Below, in pieces: positions 48,201 to 59,550 of a stretch of DNA of 64,000 bases. Source of the stretch: a bacterium (GTDB lineage Bacteria; Elusimicrobiota; Elusimicrobia; Elusimicrobiales; UBA9959); contig JAJYNO010000025.1 of the NCBI GenBank assembly GCA_021786295.1, positions 3,206 through 67,205 on the forward strand. The letters run 5' to 3'. The position numbers and the translations under genes were made by a program. The notes under the pieces were generated by a model that did not search any database, had not been told where the DNA came from, and saw only the letters and a list, made by a program, of their open reading frames with translations. Position 1 is the first letter of the stretch. Each line of letters begins with the position of its first letter.

Positions 48201-50079
48201 TCCGCCGTACCAGACCCGCAGGTGCCTTGGCGCGCCCGGCTCCACTACCACCCTCAATATAGACCTGGACACCGCTGTCGGCTACGGGGCCAGCCTTTCC
48301 GGCGTAGTTTCCGATACCGGCACCGTTCCAATGCCTAACGTGCTGGTGACGGTCTCCGTCCCCGGCATGCAGGACAAGGCGGCGGTCACTGGCTCCTCGG
48401 GGACCTACGAGTTCGACGGCCTCCCGGCCGGCACGGTGAAGGTGAAGGCCTCCTTCGGCGGCTACGCCTCCGCCGAGGCCGACGTGGGAGTGAACGGCAG
48501 CGGGACCGCCTTCACGCAGGACCTGACGCTGACCTACGCCCCCGGCTCGATAACCGGCACCGTGTACTCCCAGAAGCTGCCTTTCGCCAAGGTGCAGCCC
48601 GGCGCCCAGATCTACGCCTACGACGACACCTACAACGGCACGCATACGGACAGCCCCCTGCCGCTGATAAAGACCAAGACAGGCCCGGACGGCTCCTACA
48701 CGCTGACCGGCCTCGTCCCCGGGGATACCTATAAGGTCTTCCTGAGCGTGCCCGGCAAGTACGTGCTGGACCAGTCAGTGACCGCCGCCACCTCCGCGGT
48801 CTCCGGCGCTGACTTCACGATGCTGCCCAAGCCGCTGGACATAGAGCTGTTCGCCAAGCAGGGGGAGAGCTACTACGACTTCACCGTGCTCAACCCGCAG
48901 GACTTCAAGTCCGGGGCGGCCTACTGGTGCGAGGCTCCGTACTCCTCCTGCTCCAGCCCGGCGCCGCTGCAGCTGAACCAGCTCTCGAGCGGGGAATTGT
49001 TCGGGCAGATCCCGCTGAGCCTGCTGACCCCCGGGCATACCTACGTGCTGCACGGCGAGGCGACCTCGCTCACCAACCAGACGGTGGTGAAGGAGATAAC
49101 CTTCGGTCTCGGGGTCAGCGCCAACGCCAGCCAGAACATAGACGACGCTATACTGGGCGACGACTCCGACAACGCCGCGGGCCGCGGCAACAACGAGGCC
49201 CCGGTGGACCCCACCGGGACGGACCCGTCCGCGCTGCAGTTCCCGGCCGGCGCGCTGCTGCCGGTCTCCACCGGCGCCATCCCGTCCTGCGCGTTCTCCA
49301 GCACCGACAAGAACGATCCGGCCGTTTCCACCGAGGTCGCTTCCGTAGGCGCGGACGCGATAAAGGGGAACCTGTACAACATCTCGCTGTCCAGCGTGGT
49401 CGTGAACCAGAACAAGGGTTTCGACGTGACGCTGGCCTACGACAAGAGCGCGGTGACGGACCCCTCCGGCCTGGCAGTGGCGCAGTACAACTCGGCCACC
49501 GACAGCTGGGAGAAGGTCCCCGGCCTGGCGGCTATAGACCCGCTGAGCGGCACCATAAAAGTGCGCCTTAAGAGCCTGACCTCGGTGCTGGCGGCAGGCA
49601 GGCGGACGGCCGCGCCGCTCTCCGTCTTCAACGGGCACGAGTACGTGGTCAGCGCGCCGGCCGGCGCTTCCGTCACTACCTCAGGCACCTTCACCGTGCT
49701 GGAATCCACTGCGGTAGGAGCCGGGGGGAGCGTCTCCACGGTCAAGGTCTACAACTTCCCGAACCCGTTCAACCTGGAAAGCAAGACCCTCGCCACCAGG
49801 TACGCCGGCAGCATGACCACCAACGGGACGATAATAAGCGTGGAGGTGCCGGCAGGCAACGGCGGCCCGGGTCACATCCGCATCTATACGCTTTCGGGGG
49901 AGCTGGTGCGCGACATCAGCATCAGCTTCACCGCTGGCGCCTATAACTACGTGACCTGGGACGGCCGGAATAAGGACGGTTCCGAAGTCGCCAACGGGGT
50001 CTATTACGGCTTCGTCAGCTTCTCCGGCAATAAGCCCGGCAGAAAGCACGCCACGTTCAAGATGGCGGTGATCAAGTGA
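45235..50079 (+). CDS. Large (1614 aa) secreted multi-beta-sandwich surface protein with T9SS-like/FlgD-Ig C-terminal domain
   Basis: GGAGG SD, signal peptide, carboxypeptidase-regulatory-like repeats (LSGVVSD..VTGSSGTYEFDGLPAGT), several Cys pairs, C-terminal YNFPNPF..IRIYTLSGELVR..WDGRNKDGSEVANGVY..KMAVIK. Confidence 0.85.
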   Translation: MRSFSILLAAVFAAVLSGTAFASPQPLIVTVNDNQGNLLEDVTVAAVNFGVNGPSTHSVFGLTDSSGVAGLPLEQGVDYELFVSTQGYSPTLADQFNNPDPSAHIHLLYSGTQLTRTVTLAPGLSGVGRIVLPFKNATPSEVLFGSVNNSALQQPVAFGITQALPDNTGTLIVDNVPYASAGTYNIGAYDPQLNRGIGQNVDQDLNGSTPVTMGAPTLAYSQADFNYSVPPTRADNTAAQNGGASGLSVQGVVQDTAAAVVPNMGIGFQYCYNGNYNNIWTNTDQNGSFQLYGLLPGVTYYAQVYGGCTWTPTGPGACYAPYSSPALSGGSLDCTTPPSVKGQNDFVYYSSASVQYQILSLSQMPPSSGQIKVYVKDSSGHPIPQGNVGLSPDGSLWSNNGCSGAQSSTTTFSSPGFSNANIQLAPDGSAVFSGLPSGNYVVNAWTPFSQNGANGPVPFNAGPDQQFVWGSSEAHCGTDDLRVAVDTDPATNAGSYLHVYNSSGTDLGMSAIDVAVNTGGNATGSLTGTLRFSQAADLTKDPMMITLSPICGPSGCQGQGNFTVVGSSGSPSYTYDIPVTSGTAYNLNVNSRWWAWARTNGGNNTVDLSTGTGSAVMDMNFVPGGVITGTVYKPDGTVYTPGNNIYVWINADADQGWAGAQLSKDGTFEIDGAMPGVNQLSLNINGNSLEQYTLPFPDPVVTVVAGSTATLNLNLRRATYLGATVDMTKLPVSYFEASGSGDAVYGFSVLPLPSGSLFTHDELISVLNHKGGDNNSLSYSPPVAPNAQGPCGNGWTPNGFCAVDLPSPAVYDLYLVRNGDFSDMSVSNPPYPYFTVFGSTRNVVLNDSRATAPVPPKYMGGQTVNGVSVDMTPSSDLSSRGNATLAGSVTATNFFRQADYAATGGDFNKFLNYLPVVSLYNSSGTLKAAGLVVPSPSYIQQHNAEFSADFALGYQKFSTLLNSAGGFGFGIQDLPPGACYTAVVTTPNYPPYQTRRCLGAPGSTTTLNIDLDTAVGYGASLSGVVSDTGTVPMPNVLVTVSVPGMQDKAAVTGSSGTYEFDGLPAGTVKVKASFGGYASAEADVGVNGSGTAFTQDLTLTYAPGSITGTVYSQKLPFAKVQPGAQIYAYDDTYNGTHTDSPLPLIKTKTGPDGSYTLTGLVPGDTYKVFLSVPGKYVLDQSVTAATSAVSGADFTMLPKPLDIELFAKQGESYYDFTVLNPQDFKSGAAYWCEAPYSSCSSPAPLQLNQLSSGELFGQIPLSLLTPGHTYVLHGEATSLTNQTVVKEITFGLGVSANASQNIDDAILGDDSDNAAGRGNNEAPVDPTGTDPSALQFPAGALLPVSTGAIPSCAFSSTDKNDPAVSTEVASVGADAIKGNLYNISLSSVVVNQNKGFDVTLAYDKSAVTDPSGLAVAQYNSATDSWEKVPGLAAIDPLSGTIKVRLKSLTSVLAAGRRTAAPLSVFNGHEYVVSAPAGASVTTSGTFTVLESTAVGAGGSVSTVKVYNFPNPFNLESKTLATRYAGSMTTNGTIISVEVPAGNGGPGHIRIYTLSGELVRDISISFTAGAYNYVTWDGRNKDGSEVANGVYYGFVSFSGNKPGRKHATFKMAVIK

Positions 50080-50105
50080 GGGCCGGCGTGACCAGAGGAG
50101 AGACC

Positions 50106-51011
50106 ATGAAACGTAATATTGTCCTTTCAGCGGTTTTGATGCTGGGCGCGGCCGCCGCCCGGGCGGCCGGCGTGGGCACTACCGGCGCCCAGTTCCTCGA
50201 GGTCGGGGTGGGGGCCAGGGAGCTGGCCCTCGGCTCGGCGGCGAGCGTCCTGACCAGCGGGGCCAACGCTATGAACTGGAACCCGGCCAGGCTGGCCGGC
50301 CTGGCCTCCAGGTCGCTGAGCGCCAGCTACAACTCGCTCTTCCTGGACGAGTCCCAGGGCTTCCTGGGCTACGCCGCCCCGCTCGGGGACGGCATGGGGG
50401 TGCTGGCCGGCGGCGTGAACTACCTTACCGTTTCCAACATAGATAAACGCGCCGGCGACACGGAGAACCCGGATTCGACGTTCTCCGACAACAATACCGC
50501 GCTCACGCTTTCCTACGCCAGGGACGAGGTGCGGCCCGGGCTGTCGCTGGGCGCGAGCCTGAAGTACGTGCAGCAGGGGCTCGACGGCCAGAACGACAGG
50601 GCCATGGCCCTGGACGCCGGCTCCGCCCTGAAGCTGGGCGGGGTCTGGACGGCGGCGCTGGCGGTGCAGAACCTGGGCGGCAAGATAGGCCCCGACGACC
50701 TGCCGCTCACCGTGCGGGGCGGCGCGGCGGCCAGCCTGCTGTCGGGCAAGCTGAGCGCGGCGGCCGACGTGGACTGGCTGGCCAACGACAAGCTGGCCTA
50801 TCTTTCCGTGGGCGCGGAATACTCGCTGGCCAGGTACCTCGCGGTGCGCGCCGGATACCAGTTCGGGCGCAGCCAGGACAAGCTCGGCGGGCTGACGGGG
50901 CTGGCGGCCGGCATGGGGCTCAAGTTCGGCGAGTTCTCGCTGGACTACGCCTATGTGCCGTTCGGCGACCTGGGGGATACCCACCGCATGACGATGGGCT
51001 TGAACTTCTGA
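50106..51011 (+). CDS. PorV/PorQ-family outer-membrane barrel
   Basis: GTTGAQFLEVGVGARELALG, WNPARLA, NLG, VRAGY, LDYAYVPFGDLGDTHRMTMGLNF. Confidence 0.87.
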   Translation: MKRNIVLSAVLMLGAAAARAAGVGTTGAQFLEVGVGARELALGSAASVLTSGANAMNWNPARLAGLASRSLSASYNSLFLDESQGFLGYAAPLGDGMGVLAGGVNYLTVSNIDKRAGDTENPDSTFSDNNTALTLSYARDEVRPGLSLGASLKYVQQGLDGQNDRAMALDAGSALKLGGVWTAALAVQNLGGKIGPDDLPLTVRGGAAASLLSGKLSAAADVDWLANDKLAYLSVGAEYSLARYLAVRAGYQFGRSQDKLGGLTGLAAGMGLKFGEFSLDYAYVPFGDLGDTHRMTMGLNF

Positions 51012-51027
51012 CGACGGAGCTGACAAA

Positions 51028-52395
51028 TTGAAAAAGGCCATCATCTTCTCGCTTCTCCTGTCGCCGGTCTGCGCCGGCGCCCAGCTCGTTCCCGAAGTAT
51101 CCACCGGCACGGCGGCCCCTCTTCCAGCCTCCGGCGCCGCGGCCGAACTGGAGTCCAAGGCCTCCGCGGCCAAGTCGGCCGTGGACCCCTTCAACGATAA
51201 CACCCACCGCCCCGCGGCCCCGGCAGGGAAGTACCAGCTGATGGGCACGCTGGACCTGTACGGCGGCCAGTACTTCTTCGGCGGTCAGTCCGGGGCTTTG
51301 AACGGCTACGGCGTGCTGAACGCCGAGCTGGCCAAGAGCTACTCGTCCAGCTACGGCTATTACCTGAGCCTAAATTCTGTCTACACAGGTTTCAAGCAGG
51401 TCAACGAGCTGGCCGGAGGCGGCACGCTGTTCCAGCAGAGCCTGGACAACAGCCTCGGCCTCAAGTGGATAAAACGCTACGACGGCGGGTACGCCCTGAA
51501 GCCTCACATAGGCGTGACCAGCGAGCTCTTCCGGGAGACCAAGGACGAGAAATGGGGGCAGGGGCTCTACGACTTCACCCGCTACGACGCCGGCCTTACG
51601 CTGGAACGCAAGACCCGCGCCGGCTTCGAGGTGCCCTGGACTTACCAGCTTTCCTGGGACGCCTATTACACCCGTTACACGCGTTTCAAGTCCCTGGCCA
51701 GCGAGTACGGGGCCGAACTGGCCGCCCCTGACCCGGGCAGCCGCGTGCTGGACGCCGTTACCAACCAGTTCTCCTATTACAACGAATGGGACCTGCCGGG
51801 CTTCGCGAAGGCCGAGGCGCTCGCTTCGGTCGCCGTCACGGGCTACCCGGAGCAGAAGGTCATCAACTCAGCCGGGTCCTACCTTCCCTCCACGCGCTCC
51901 GACTATTACGAACTGCTCACCCTGTCCGTCAGCAAACGCTATCCCGACGCGGAGGTCCTGGGCGGGATAAGACCGGTAGCGGGTTTAGGACTGACCTTCG
52001 ACGACCAGGTCTCCAACCAGAACCACCTGGACACCGACCCGGCGCACCTGAAGTTCATAAAGTCGTTCTACGATTACTACGAGACGACCCTCTCTCCCAC
52101 GCTTATGCTCACGTCGGTCTCCTCCGGCTTCGTGCTGTCGGCCAATTACAGCTTTACGGCCCGCTGGTATCCTGACCGCCTGACCCAGACCGACTCCGGC
52201 TCCTATACCGGGGATAAGCTGAGGCAGTATACCGGCGACTTCGGCCTGGAAGCCTCCTATCCGATAACGGCTTCCCTGGACGCGAGGCTGCGGACCGACT
52301 GGTCCCTCTCCCGCTCCAATAACCGTTACGAACAGGTCTACCGCTACAACTACGACAGCTCCACGTATTTCGCGGGCGTAGAATGGAGGTTCTGA
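51028..52395 (+). CDS. Uncharacterised outer-membrane beta-barrel protein (paralog B)
   Basis: Signal peptide, Tyr-rich amphipathic strands, C-terminal FAGVEWRF; homologous to 13708..14958. Confidence 0.78.
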   Translation: MKKAIIFSLLLSPVCAGAQLVPEVSTGTAAPLPASGAAAELESKASAAKSAVDPFNDNTHRPAAPAGKYQLMGTLDLYGGQYFFGGQSGALNGYGVLNAELAKSYSSSYGYYLSLNSVYTGFKQVNELAGGGTLFQQSLDNSLGLKWIKRYDGGYALKPHIGVTSELFRETKDEKWGQGLYDFTRYDAGLTLERKTRAGFEVPWTYQLSWDAYYTRYTRFKSLASEYGAELAAPDPGSRVLDAVTNQFSYYNEWDLPGFAKAEALASVAVTGYPEQKVINSAGSYLPSTRSDYYELLTLSVSKRYPDAEVLGGIRPVAGLGLTFDDQVSNQNHLDTDPAHLKFIKSFYDYYETTLSPTLMLTSVSSGFVLSANYSFTARWYPDRLTQTDSGSYTGDKLRQYTGDFGLEASYPITASLDARLRTDWSLSRSNNRYEQVYRYNYDSSTYFAGVEWRF

Positions 52396-52396
52396 G

Positions 52397-54022
52397 ATGA
52401 GAAAGCCGGGCTTTGTCCTTCTTATGCTGCTTTCCGTCCCCTGCGCGGCCATGACGCGCGGCATAGTTCTGGTCCCGAAGGGCACCGTGGAGGCCCGCGC
52501 TTCCGGCTCCGCCTCCTGGGTGCCGGTCTCCAGGGACGTGCGGCTGAAAGAGGGCGACGAGGTCCGCACCTCTGGCGGCGCGACCGCGGACGTCTATTTT
52601 TCCGACGGTTCCCGCTTCAGGATAGGCCGCGACAGCCATTTCGCCGTGGGCAGCACCGGCAGGAAGAGGACCGCCCTCAGCCTGCTTTACGGGAGGCTGA
52701 GGGCCGCGGTGGCGGGGTATTTTTCCAGCCGGGTGGAGGTGCGCACCCCTTCGGCCGTCTGTGCGGTGCGCGGCACCGAGTTCGACGTGCAGGTGGCCAG
52801 GAACGGCGATACCTCGATGAACGTGGACGAGGGCCTGGTTGAGGTCAGCGACGGCAAGGGCAAGACCGCTGTCGTTTCCTCCGAGGAGGCCATAAAGGTG
52901 ACGCAGGCCGGCATGTCCATGCCGCAGCTGGTGTCGCTCAGGGACGACAGGGCCGAGGCCGCCGCGCGGCCGATGGCCGTCATCCACGACACCGCCCGCC
53001 AGCGCACCCGCACGATGCTGGAGGAGCTGCGCAACCGCCAGCTCAAGGCCAACGAGGCGGAGCTGGGCAAGGACGCCATAGACGCGTTCGGCCACCGCGT
53101 GCGCCTGGAGGAGTACCTGCTGCGCCCCTCCGACAAGGAGTTCAAGCTGCTGTTCCTCAGCAAGCGCGAGGAGGCCAGCAGGCTGGACTGGGGCCAGATA
53201 GACGAACAGTTCCACGCCGCCATCCCGGACGACATCAGCAAGGTCGGGGACATTATCAGCGGCATGTACTTCTCCAAGACGGCCCCGACGAACTGGATGA
53301 AGTACTTCGAGGTGTACCTGACCAACACGGTGGACAGCGTGAAGGAGACCATAGACTTCACCCAGCCAGTAGCTATAAATTTCTCCGGCTATACCGGAGT
53401 GGCCAACGACTTCCGCTATTACCCGGGCTCGATCGACTGGAAGCAGATCCTGTCCGGGCCGGGCGTGGCGCTGGCCCAGGGCGCAGGCACTAACGCCCCG
53501 GGGCTCAACGCCGACGAGCGCATGCAGTTCGAGCAGAAGCAGGACTGGAACCAGACCTACGCCAACAATATCACGTTCACGCAGAGCGTGGTGGACGCCT
53601 CCGGAGCGATGGCCGAAATGTACCAGGTCGCTCTGAATCCGGCTCTCTCCGCCAGTGTGCAGGCCGCCGAGGCCGGGGCGTATACGTATTGGAACAGCAA
53701 TATTGACCCCACCCAGCTCACGCCGGCGTACAACAGCTATCCCAGCGGGCCGGACAAGGCGGACCTGTACGGGGAGAGCGTTTACGCCGACGGATCGACC
53801 TTGTCGGTGCGCAAGATGCTGGTGTCCAACGAAGGGGATATCTTGAGCATACCCGGGAACGCCGCCCCCGCCACCTTCCTCAAGGAGGGCAGCTACAACC
53901 TGGAGGAGGTCGTCGGCTCCAGCCTGTTCCAGGGCCGGGATATAGACGTGCTGCTGGCCCCGGAGATACTGAACCAGAAGAATAACGCCACCACCACCGC
54001 GGACAGCTTCAAGCTGAACTGA
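52397..54022 (+). CDS. Secreted FecR-domain protein with uncharacterised C-terminal region (paralog B)
   Basis: Signal peptide, GDEVRT, EVRTPSAVCAVRGTEF, VDEGLVEV; shares blocks with 11024..12943. Confidence 0.85.
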   Translation: MRKPGFVLLMLLSVPCAAMTRGIVLVPKGTVEARASGSASWVPVSRDVRLKEGDEVRTSGGATADVYFSDGSRFRIGRDSHFAVGSTGRKRTALSLLYGRLRAAVAGYFSSRVEVRTPSAVCAVRGTEFDVQVARNGDTSMNVDEGLVEVSDGKGKTAVVSSEEAIKVTQAGMSMPQLVSLRDDRAEAAARPMAVIHDTARQRTRTMLEELRNRQLKANEAELGKDAIDAFGHRVRLEEYLLRPSDKEFKLLFLSKREEASRLDWGQIDEQFHAAIPDDISKVGDIISGMYFSKTAPTNWMKYFEVYLTNTVDSVKETIDFTQPVAINFSGYTGVANDFRYYPGSIDWKQILSGPGVALAQGAGTNAPGLNADERMQFEQKQDWNQTYANNITFTQSVVDASGAMAEMYQVALNPALSASVQAAEAGAYTYWNSNIDPTQLTPAYNSYPSGPDKADLYGESVYADGSTLSVRKMLVSNEGDILSIPGNAAPATFLKEGSYNLEEVVGSSLFQGRDIDVLLAPEILNQKNNATTTADSFKLN

Positions 54023-54049
54023 TACCCGGGGATACGGAGCCTGCCGGAA

Positions 54050-54083
54050 AAGTGAAGGGCCGCTTAAAAGCGGCCCTTCACTT
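54050..54083. terminator. Bidirectional terminator hairpin
   Basis: Perfect 16-bp inverted repeat aagtgaagggccgctt/aagcggcccttcactt between convergent genes. Confidence 0.8.
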
Positions 54084-54708
54084 ATTTCAGGAAGTCCTCG
54101 TCGGGCCAGGTGCCTGGGGCCCCGCTGACCGACGCCAGGCGGGGGTCCTCGCTGGCGGCGGAGCGCATCTTCTGAAAGGATTCTTTCAGTTCCGAGAGGG
54201 AGATGTCCGACTTCTTTATCTTCATCAGCACCACGTAGCCGGCTGCGGCCGTGGCGGCGGAAACCGGCACCAGATATAGCCAGGCGCCGGCCTTCAGCTC
54301 GAAGACGAGCGTCGCGCAAAGCAGGACCCAGAGCGAGAGCGTCTCGCTGATGCCCGACAGGACGTAGCCTATGATGATGTTGTACTCCTCCGTCCTCGAG
54401 AGGGAGAGTATTATGGCCAGCAGCGCGATGTTCACCAGCGTCAGGTAGATGGCCCGCGCCACCCAGCTGCGCCAGCGGTGCTTGGAGAGGACCAGCGTGC
54501 CGTAGATAGGGTCGTTGATTATCTCGGCGTCGTCGTAGGTGGTCTCCACCGCGAACTTCTTTACCTTTTTCATCTCCGCCGGGGCGGCGTTGTAATTGAA
54601 GGTCTGCTCGCTTTTGCCGGCGTCCATCTGGGCCGCGGCGGGGGCCGGGCCGAGTAGCCAGAAGGCGGGAACGGCCAGGAGGGCTAAGAGCGGCAGCGCC
54701 CTTTTCAT
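54082..54708 (-). CDS. Hypothetical membrane protein
   Basis: Signal peptide plus about 3 hydrophobic helices; host-like codon usage; overlaps the upstream ORF by 4 nt. Confidence 0.7.
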   Translation of the reverse strand: MKRALPLLALLAVPAFWLLGPAPAAAQMDAGKSEQTFNYNAAPAEMKKVKKFAVETTYDDAEIINDPIYGTLVLSKHRWRSWVARAIYLTLVNIALLAIILSLSRTEEYNIIIGYVLSGISETLSLWVLLCATLVFELKAGAWLYLVPVSAATAAAGYVVLMKIKKSDISLSELKESFQKMRSAASEDPRLASVSGAPGTWPDEDFLK

Positions 54709-55007
54709 CTGCCCCCCGGCTGCGGCATCGGCGGCTTAGGCACCAGCGGATTGGTGTCGCTGTCCAGGTGATAGTACTGGGTGGTCCCTACGTGCATGCT
54801 CGACGGGATGAATTCCGTGTCGTTCAGCTCGCGCCGTTCCGCCGGCCGCAATATCCCGGTGCGCACCTTTATGTCGCGGCGTACCGAGATGCGGTCGGCG
54901 AAATGCCAGTAGGAGGAGACGAACGACCCGACGGAGCAGGCTATGATGACCCCGCCGAGGAAGTAGGTCTCCCTGTCTTTGCGTATCCAGAATCTGCGCC
55001 AGTTCAC
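54705..55007 (-). CDS. Small hypothetical membrane protein
   Basis: One TM-like segment; lies between hemW and the next ORF with ATGA coupling. Confidence 0.6.
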   Translation of the reverse strand: MNWRRFWIRKDRETYFLGGVIIACSVGSFVSSYWHFADRISVRRDIKVRTGILRPAERRELNDTEFIPSSMHVGTTQYYHLDSDTNPLVPKPPMPQPGGR

Positions 55008-55027
55008 GAGAGTGCCCCGCCGTCCTT

Positions 55028-56119
55028 TCAGACGAATTCCCTGAAGACCGCGTTGGAAACGTAGAGCCGGTCCTTCCTTATCCGCACGCGTCCGCCGGCT
55101 ATTTCAACAAGGCCAGCCTTCAGCAGACGGTCCAGCTCCGCCTTGAATTCTATAAATATATCGTCCGTCAGTTCAATTCCGGCGGTTTTCCTGAGGCCCA
55201 GCATTATCCGCTCCCCTGTTCTGGCCCTGCCCTCCAGCCTTTCGCGGTACTGCGCCGGGGGCGTCCTTCCGGCGGCCAGCGCGGAGACGTAATCGTCCGT
55301 TACGGGGGTGTTCGCTCGCCGCTCGCCGCGCAGGTAGGAGGCCGCGGCGGTCCCGAGTCCGAGGTACTCTCCCTGCTCCCAGTAGTTCAGGTTGTGCAGC
55401 GATTCCCTCCCCGGGCGCGCGAAGTTGGATATCTCGTACCTAAGCAGTCCGGCTTTCTCCAGGGCGCCGGCCGCCGCCTCGTACATGCCGGCCGCGGCTT
55501 CAGGCTCCTCCTTCACGCCGGCCGCGTAAAAAGCGGTCCCCTCATGCACCTCGAGGGCGTAGAGGGAGACGTGCTCCGGCCCCAGCCCCAGCAGCAGGTC
55601 CAGCGACTCCCCGAGGTCCCGCCCGGTCTGCCCCGGCAGGCCGCACATCAGGTCGGCGTTGAGGTCGGCGAAGCCAGCCTCCCGCAGCGCGGCAAAAGCC
55701 CTGACAAAATCGTCCTTCATGGCCACCCGGCCCAGTTTCTTGAGCAGGGAGTCCTGCGCGGCCTGCAGCCCCAGGCTCACCCGGCTTATCCCGGCCCCCT
55801 GCAGCAGCGCGGCCTTCTCCGCGTCCAGGCTCTCCGGGTTCGCCTCGAAGGTGGCCTCGGCCAGGTCCCGGAACGGCCCGGTCAGGCCTTCCAGCGCGGA
55901 GAAAAGGCGGCGCAGCTGGCCCGGCGAGAGCGCGCTGGGCGTGCCACCGCCGACGTAGAGCGTCCGGAAACCTCCCTTCAGCTCCGGATACAGCGCCGCC
56001 TCGGCGGCCAGCGCCTCGAGGTACGACTCTATCTCCATGGGCGTTCCGGGGGCGGAGGCGAAGTCGCAGTAGGCGCATTTGGCCCTGCAGAAGGGGATGT
56101 GCACGTAAAGGCCGCGCAT
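55028..56119 (-). CDS. hemW: Radical SAM heme chaperone HemW (HemN-like)
   Basis: LYVHIPFCRAKCAYCDF, GGGTPS, EANP, YEISNFA, HNLNYW. Confidence 0.92.
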   Translation of the reverse strand: MRGLYVHIPFCRAKCAYCDFASAPGTPMEIESYLEALAAEAALYPELKGGFRTLYVGGGTPSALSPGQLRRLFSALEGLTGPFRDLAEATFEANPESLDAEKAALLQGAGISRVSLGLQAAQDSLLKKLGRVAMKDDFVRAFAALREAGFADLNADLMCGLPGQTGRDLGESLDLLLGLGPEHVSLYALEVHEGTAFYAAGVKEEPEAAAGMYEAAAGALEKAGLLRYEISNFARPGRESLHNLNYWEQGEYLGLGTAAASYLRGERRANTPVTDDYVSALAAGRTPPAQYRERLEGRARTGERIMLGLRKTAGIELTDDIFIEFKAELDRLLKAGLVEIAGGRVRIRKDRLYVSNAVFREFV

Positions 56120-56146
56120 GACGATATATGTCTGTGCCCGCTCGAT

Positions 56147-56179
56147 AAAAAACAGGGGGACGGCCCCGGGCCGTCCCCC
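56147..56179 (-). terminator. Intrinsic terminator after the SPFH gene
   Basis: gggggacggcc/ggccgtccccc stem with an A-run on the left. Confidence 0.75.
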
Positions 56180-56200
56180 GCAGTCCGGCCTCGGCCGGCG

Positions 56201-56944
56201 TCAGTTCTGCATCTTTTTGACGAACATGCTGATCAGGTCCATCGGGATGGGGAAGATCGTGGTGGAGTTCTTGTCCGTGGCGATCTCGGTGAGGGTCTGC
56301 AGGTAGCGCAGCTGGATGGCCGCCGGCTGCCTGCCGATGACCTCGGCCGCGTCGGCCAGCTTCTGCGCGGCCTGGAACTCGCCTTCCGCGTGGATGATCT
56401 TGGCGCGGCGCTCGCGCTCGGAAACGGCCTGCTTGGCGATGGCGCTCTGCATGTCCTGCGGGATATCCACGTTCTTGACCTCGACGCTGGCCACCTTTAT
56501 GCCCCACGGCTCGGTGTGCTGGTCCAGGATCTGCTGCAGGTTCTGGTTGATCTTGTCGCGGTTGGAGAGCAGGTCGTCCAGCTCCTGCTGGCCGAGCACG
56601 CTCCGGAGCGTGGTCTGTGCGAGCTGGGAGGTGGCGTACATGAAGTTCTCTACGTTCAGCACCGCGGACTGGGGGTCTACCACCCGGAAGTAGACGACCG
56701 CGTTGACCTTAACGGAAATGTTGTCGTGCGTGATGATGTCCTGCGGCGGGACGTCCAGCACCACTACGCGGGTGCTGATGCGGAACAACTGCTGCACTCC
56801 GGGCAGCAGGATTATCAGGCCTGGGCCTTTCACTCCGCTGAACCGGCCCAGCGTCAGCACGACGCCGCGTTCGTACTCGTTCAGCACCTTGATGCTGGCG
56901 AAAAGCAGGACGGCTGCTATTATTACCAAAGGCAGTAAACCCAT
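56201..56944 (-). CDS. SPFH/band-7 (slipin/stomatin-like) protein
   Basis: [53 protein letters not shown]. Confidence 0.93.
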   Translation of the reverse strand: MGLLPLVIIAAVLLFASIKVLNEYERGVVLTLGRFSGVKGPGLIILLPGVQQLFRISTRVVVLDVPPQDIITHDNISVKVNAVVYFRVVDPQSAVLNVENFMYATSQLAQTTLRSVLGQQELDDLLSNRDKINQNLQQILDQHTEPWGIKVASVEVKNVDIPQDMQSAIAKQAVSERERRAKIIHAEGEFQAAQKLADAAEVIGRQPAAIQLRYLQTLTEIATDKNSTTIFPIPMDLISMFVKKMQN

Positions 56945-56988
56945 TTCAACCTCCGTATCCGGAAACCTAGGGTACCCTCTTCCATTTA

Positions 56989-57017
56989 AGTCTACATAAA
57001 GTGGAGGCCCGTGGCAA
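56989..57017 (-). promoter_or_regulatory. Sigma70-type promoter of the SPFH gene
   Basis: TTGCCA-17 nt-TAGACT on the minus strand. Confidence 0.65.
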
Positions 57018-57063
57018 CCGGCGGCGGCCCTGCGGCGTTTTCCTCTGGCGCGCCATAATTTAG

Positions 57064-59520
<2,457 letters not shown>

Positions 59521-59550
59521 GCGGCGGGCATCGAACAGGAGAACTAACGT

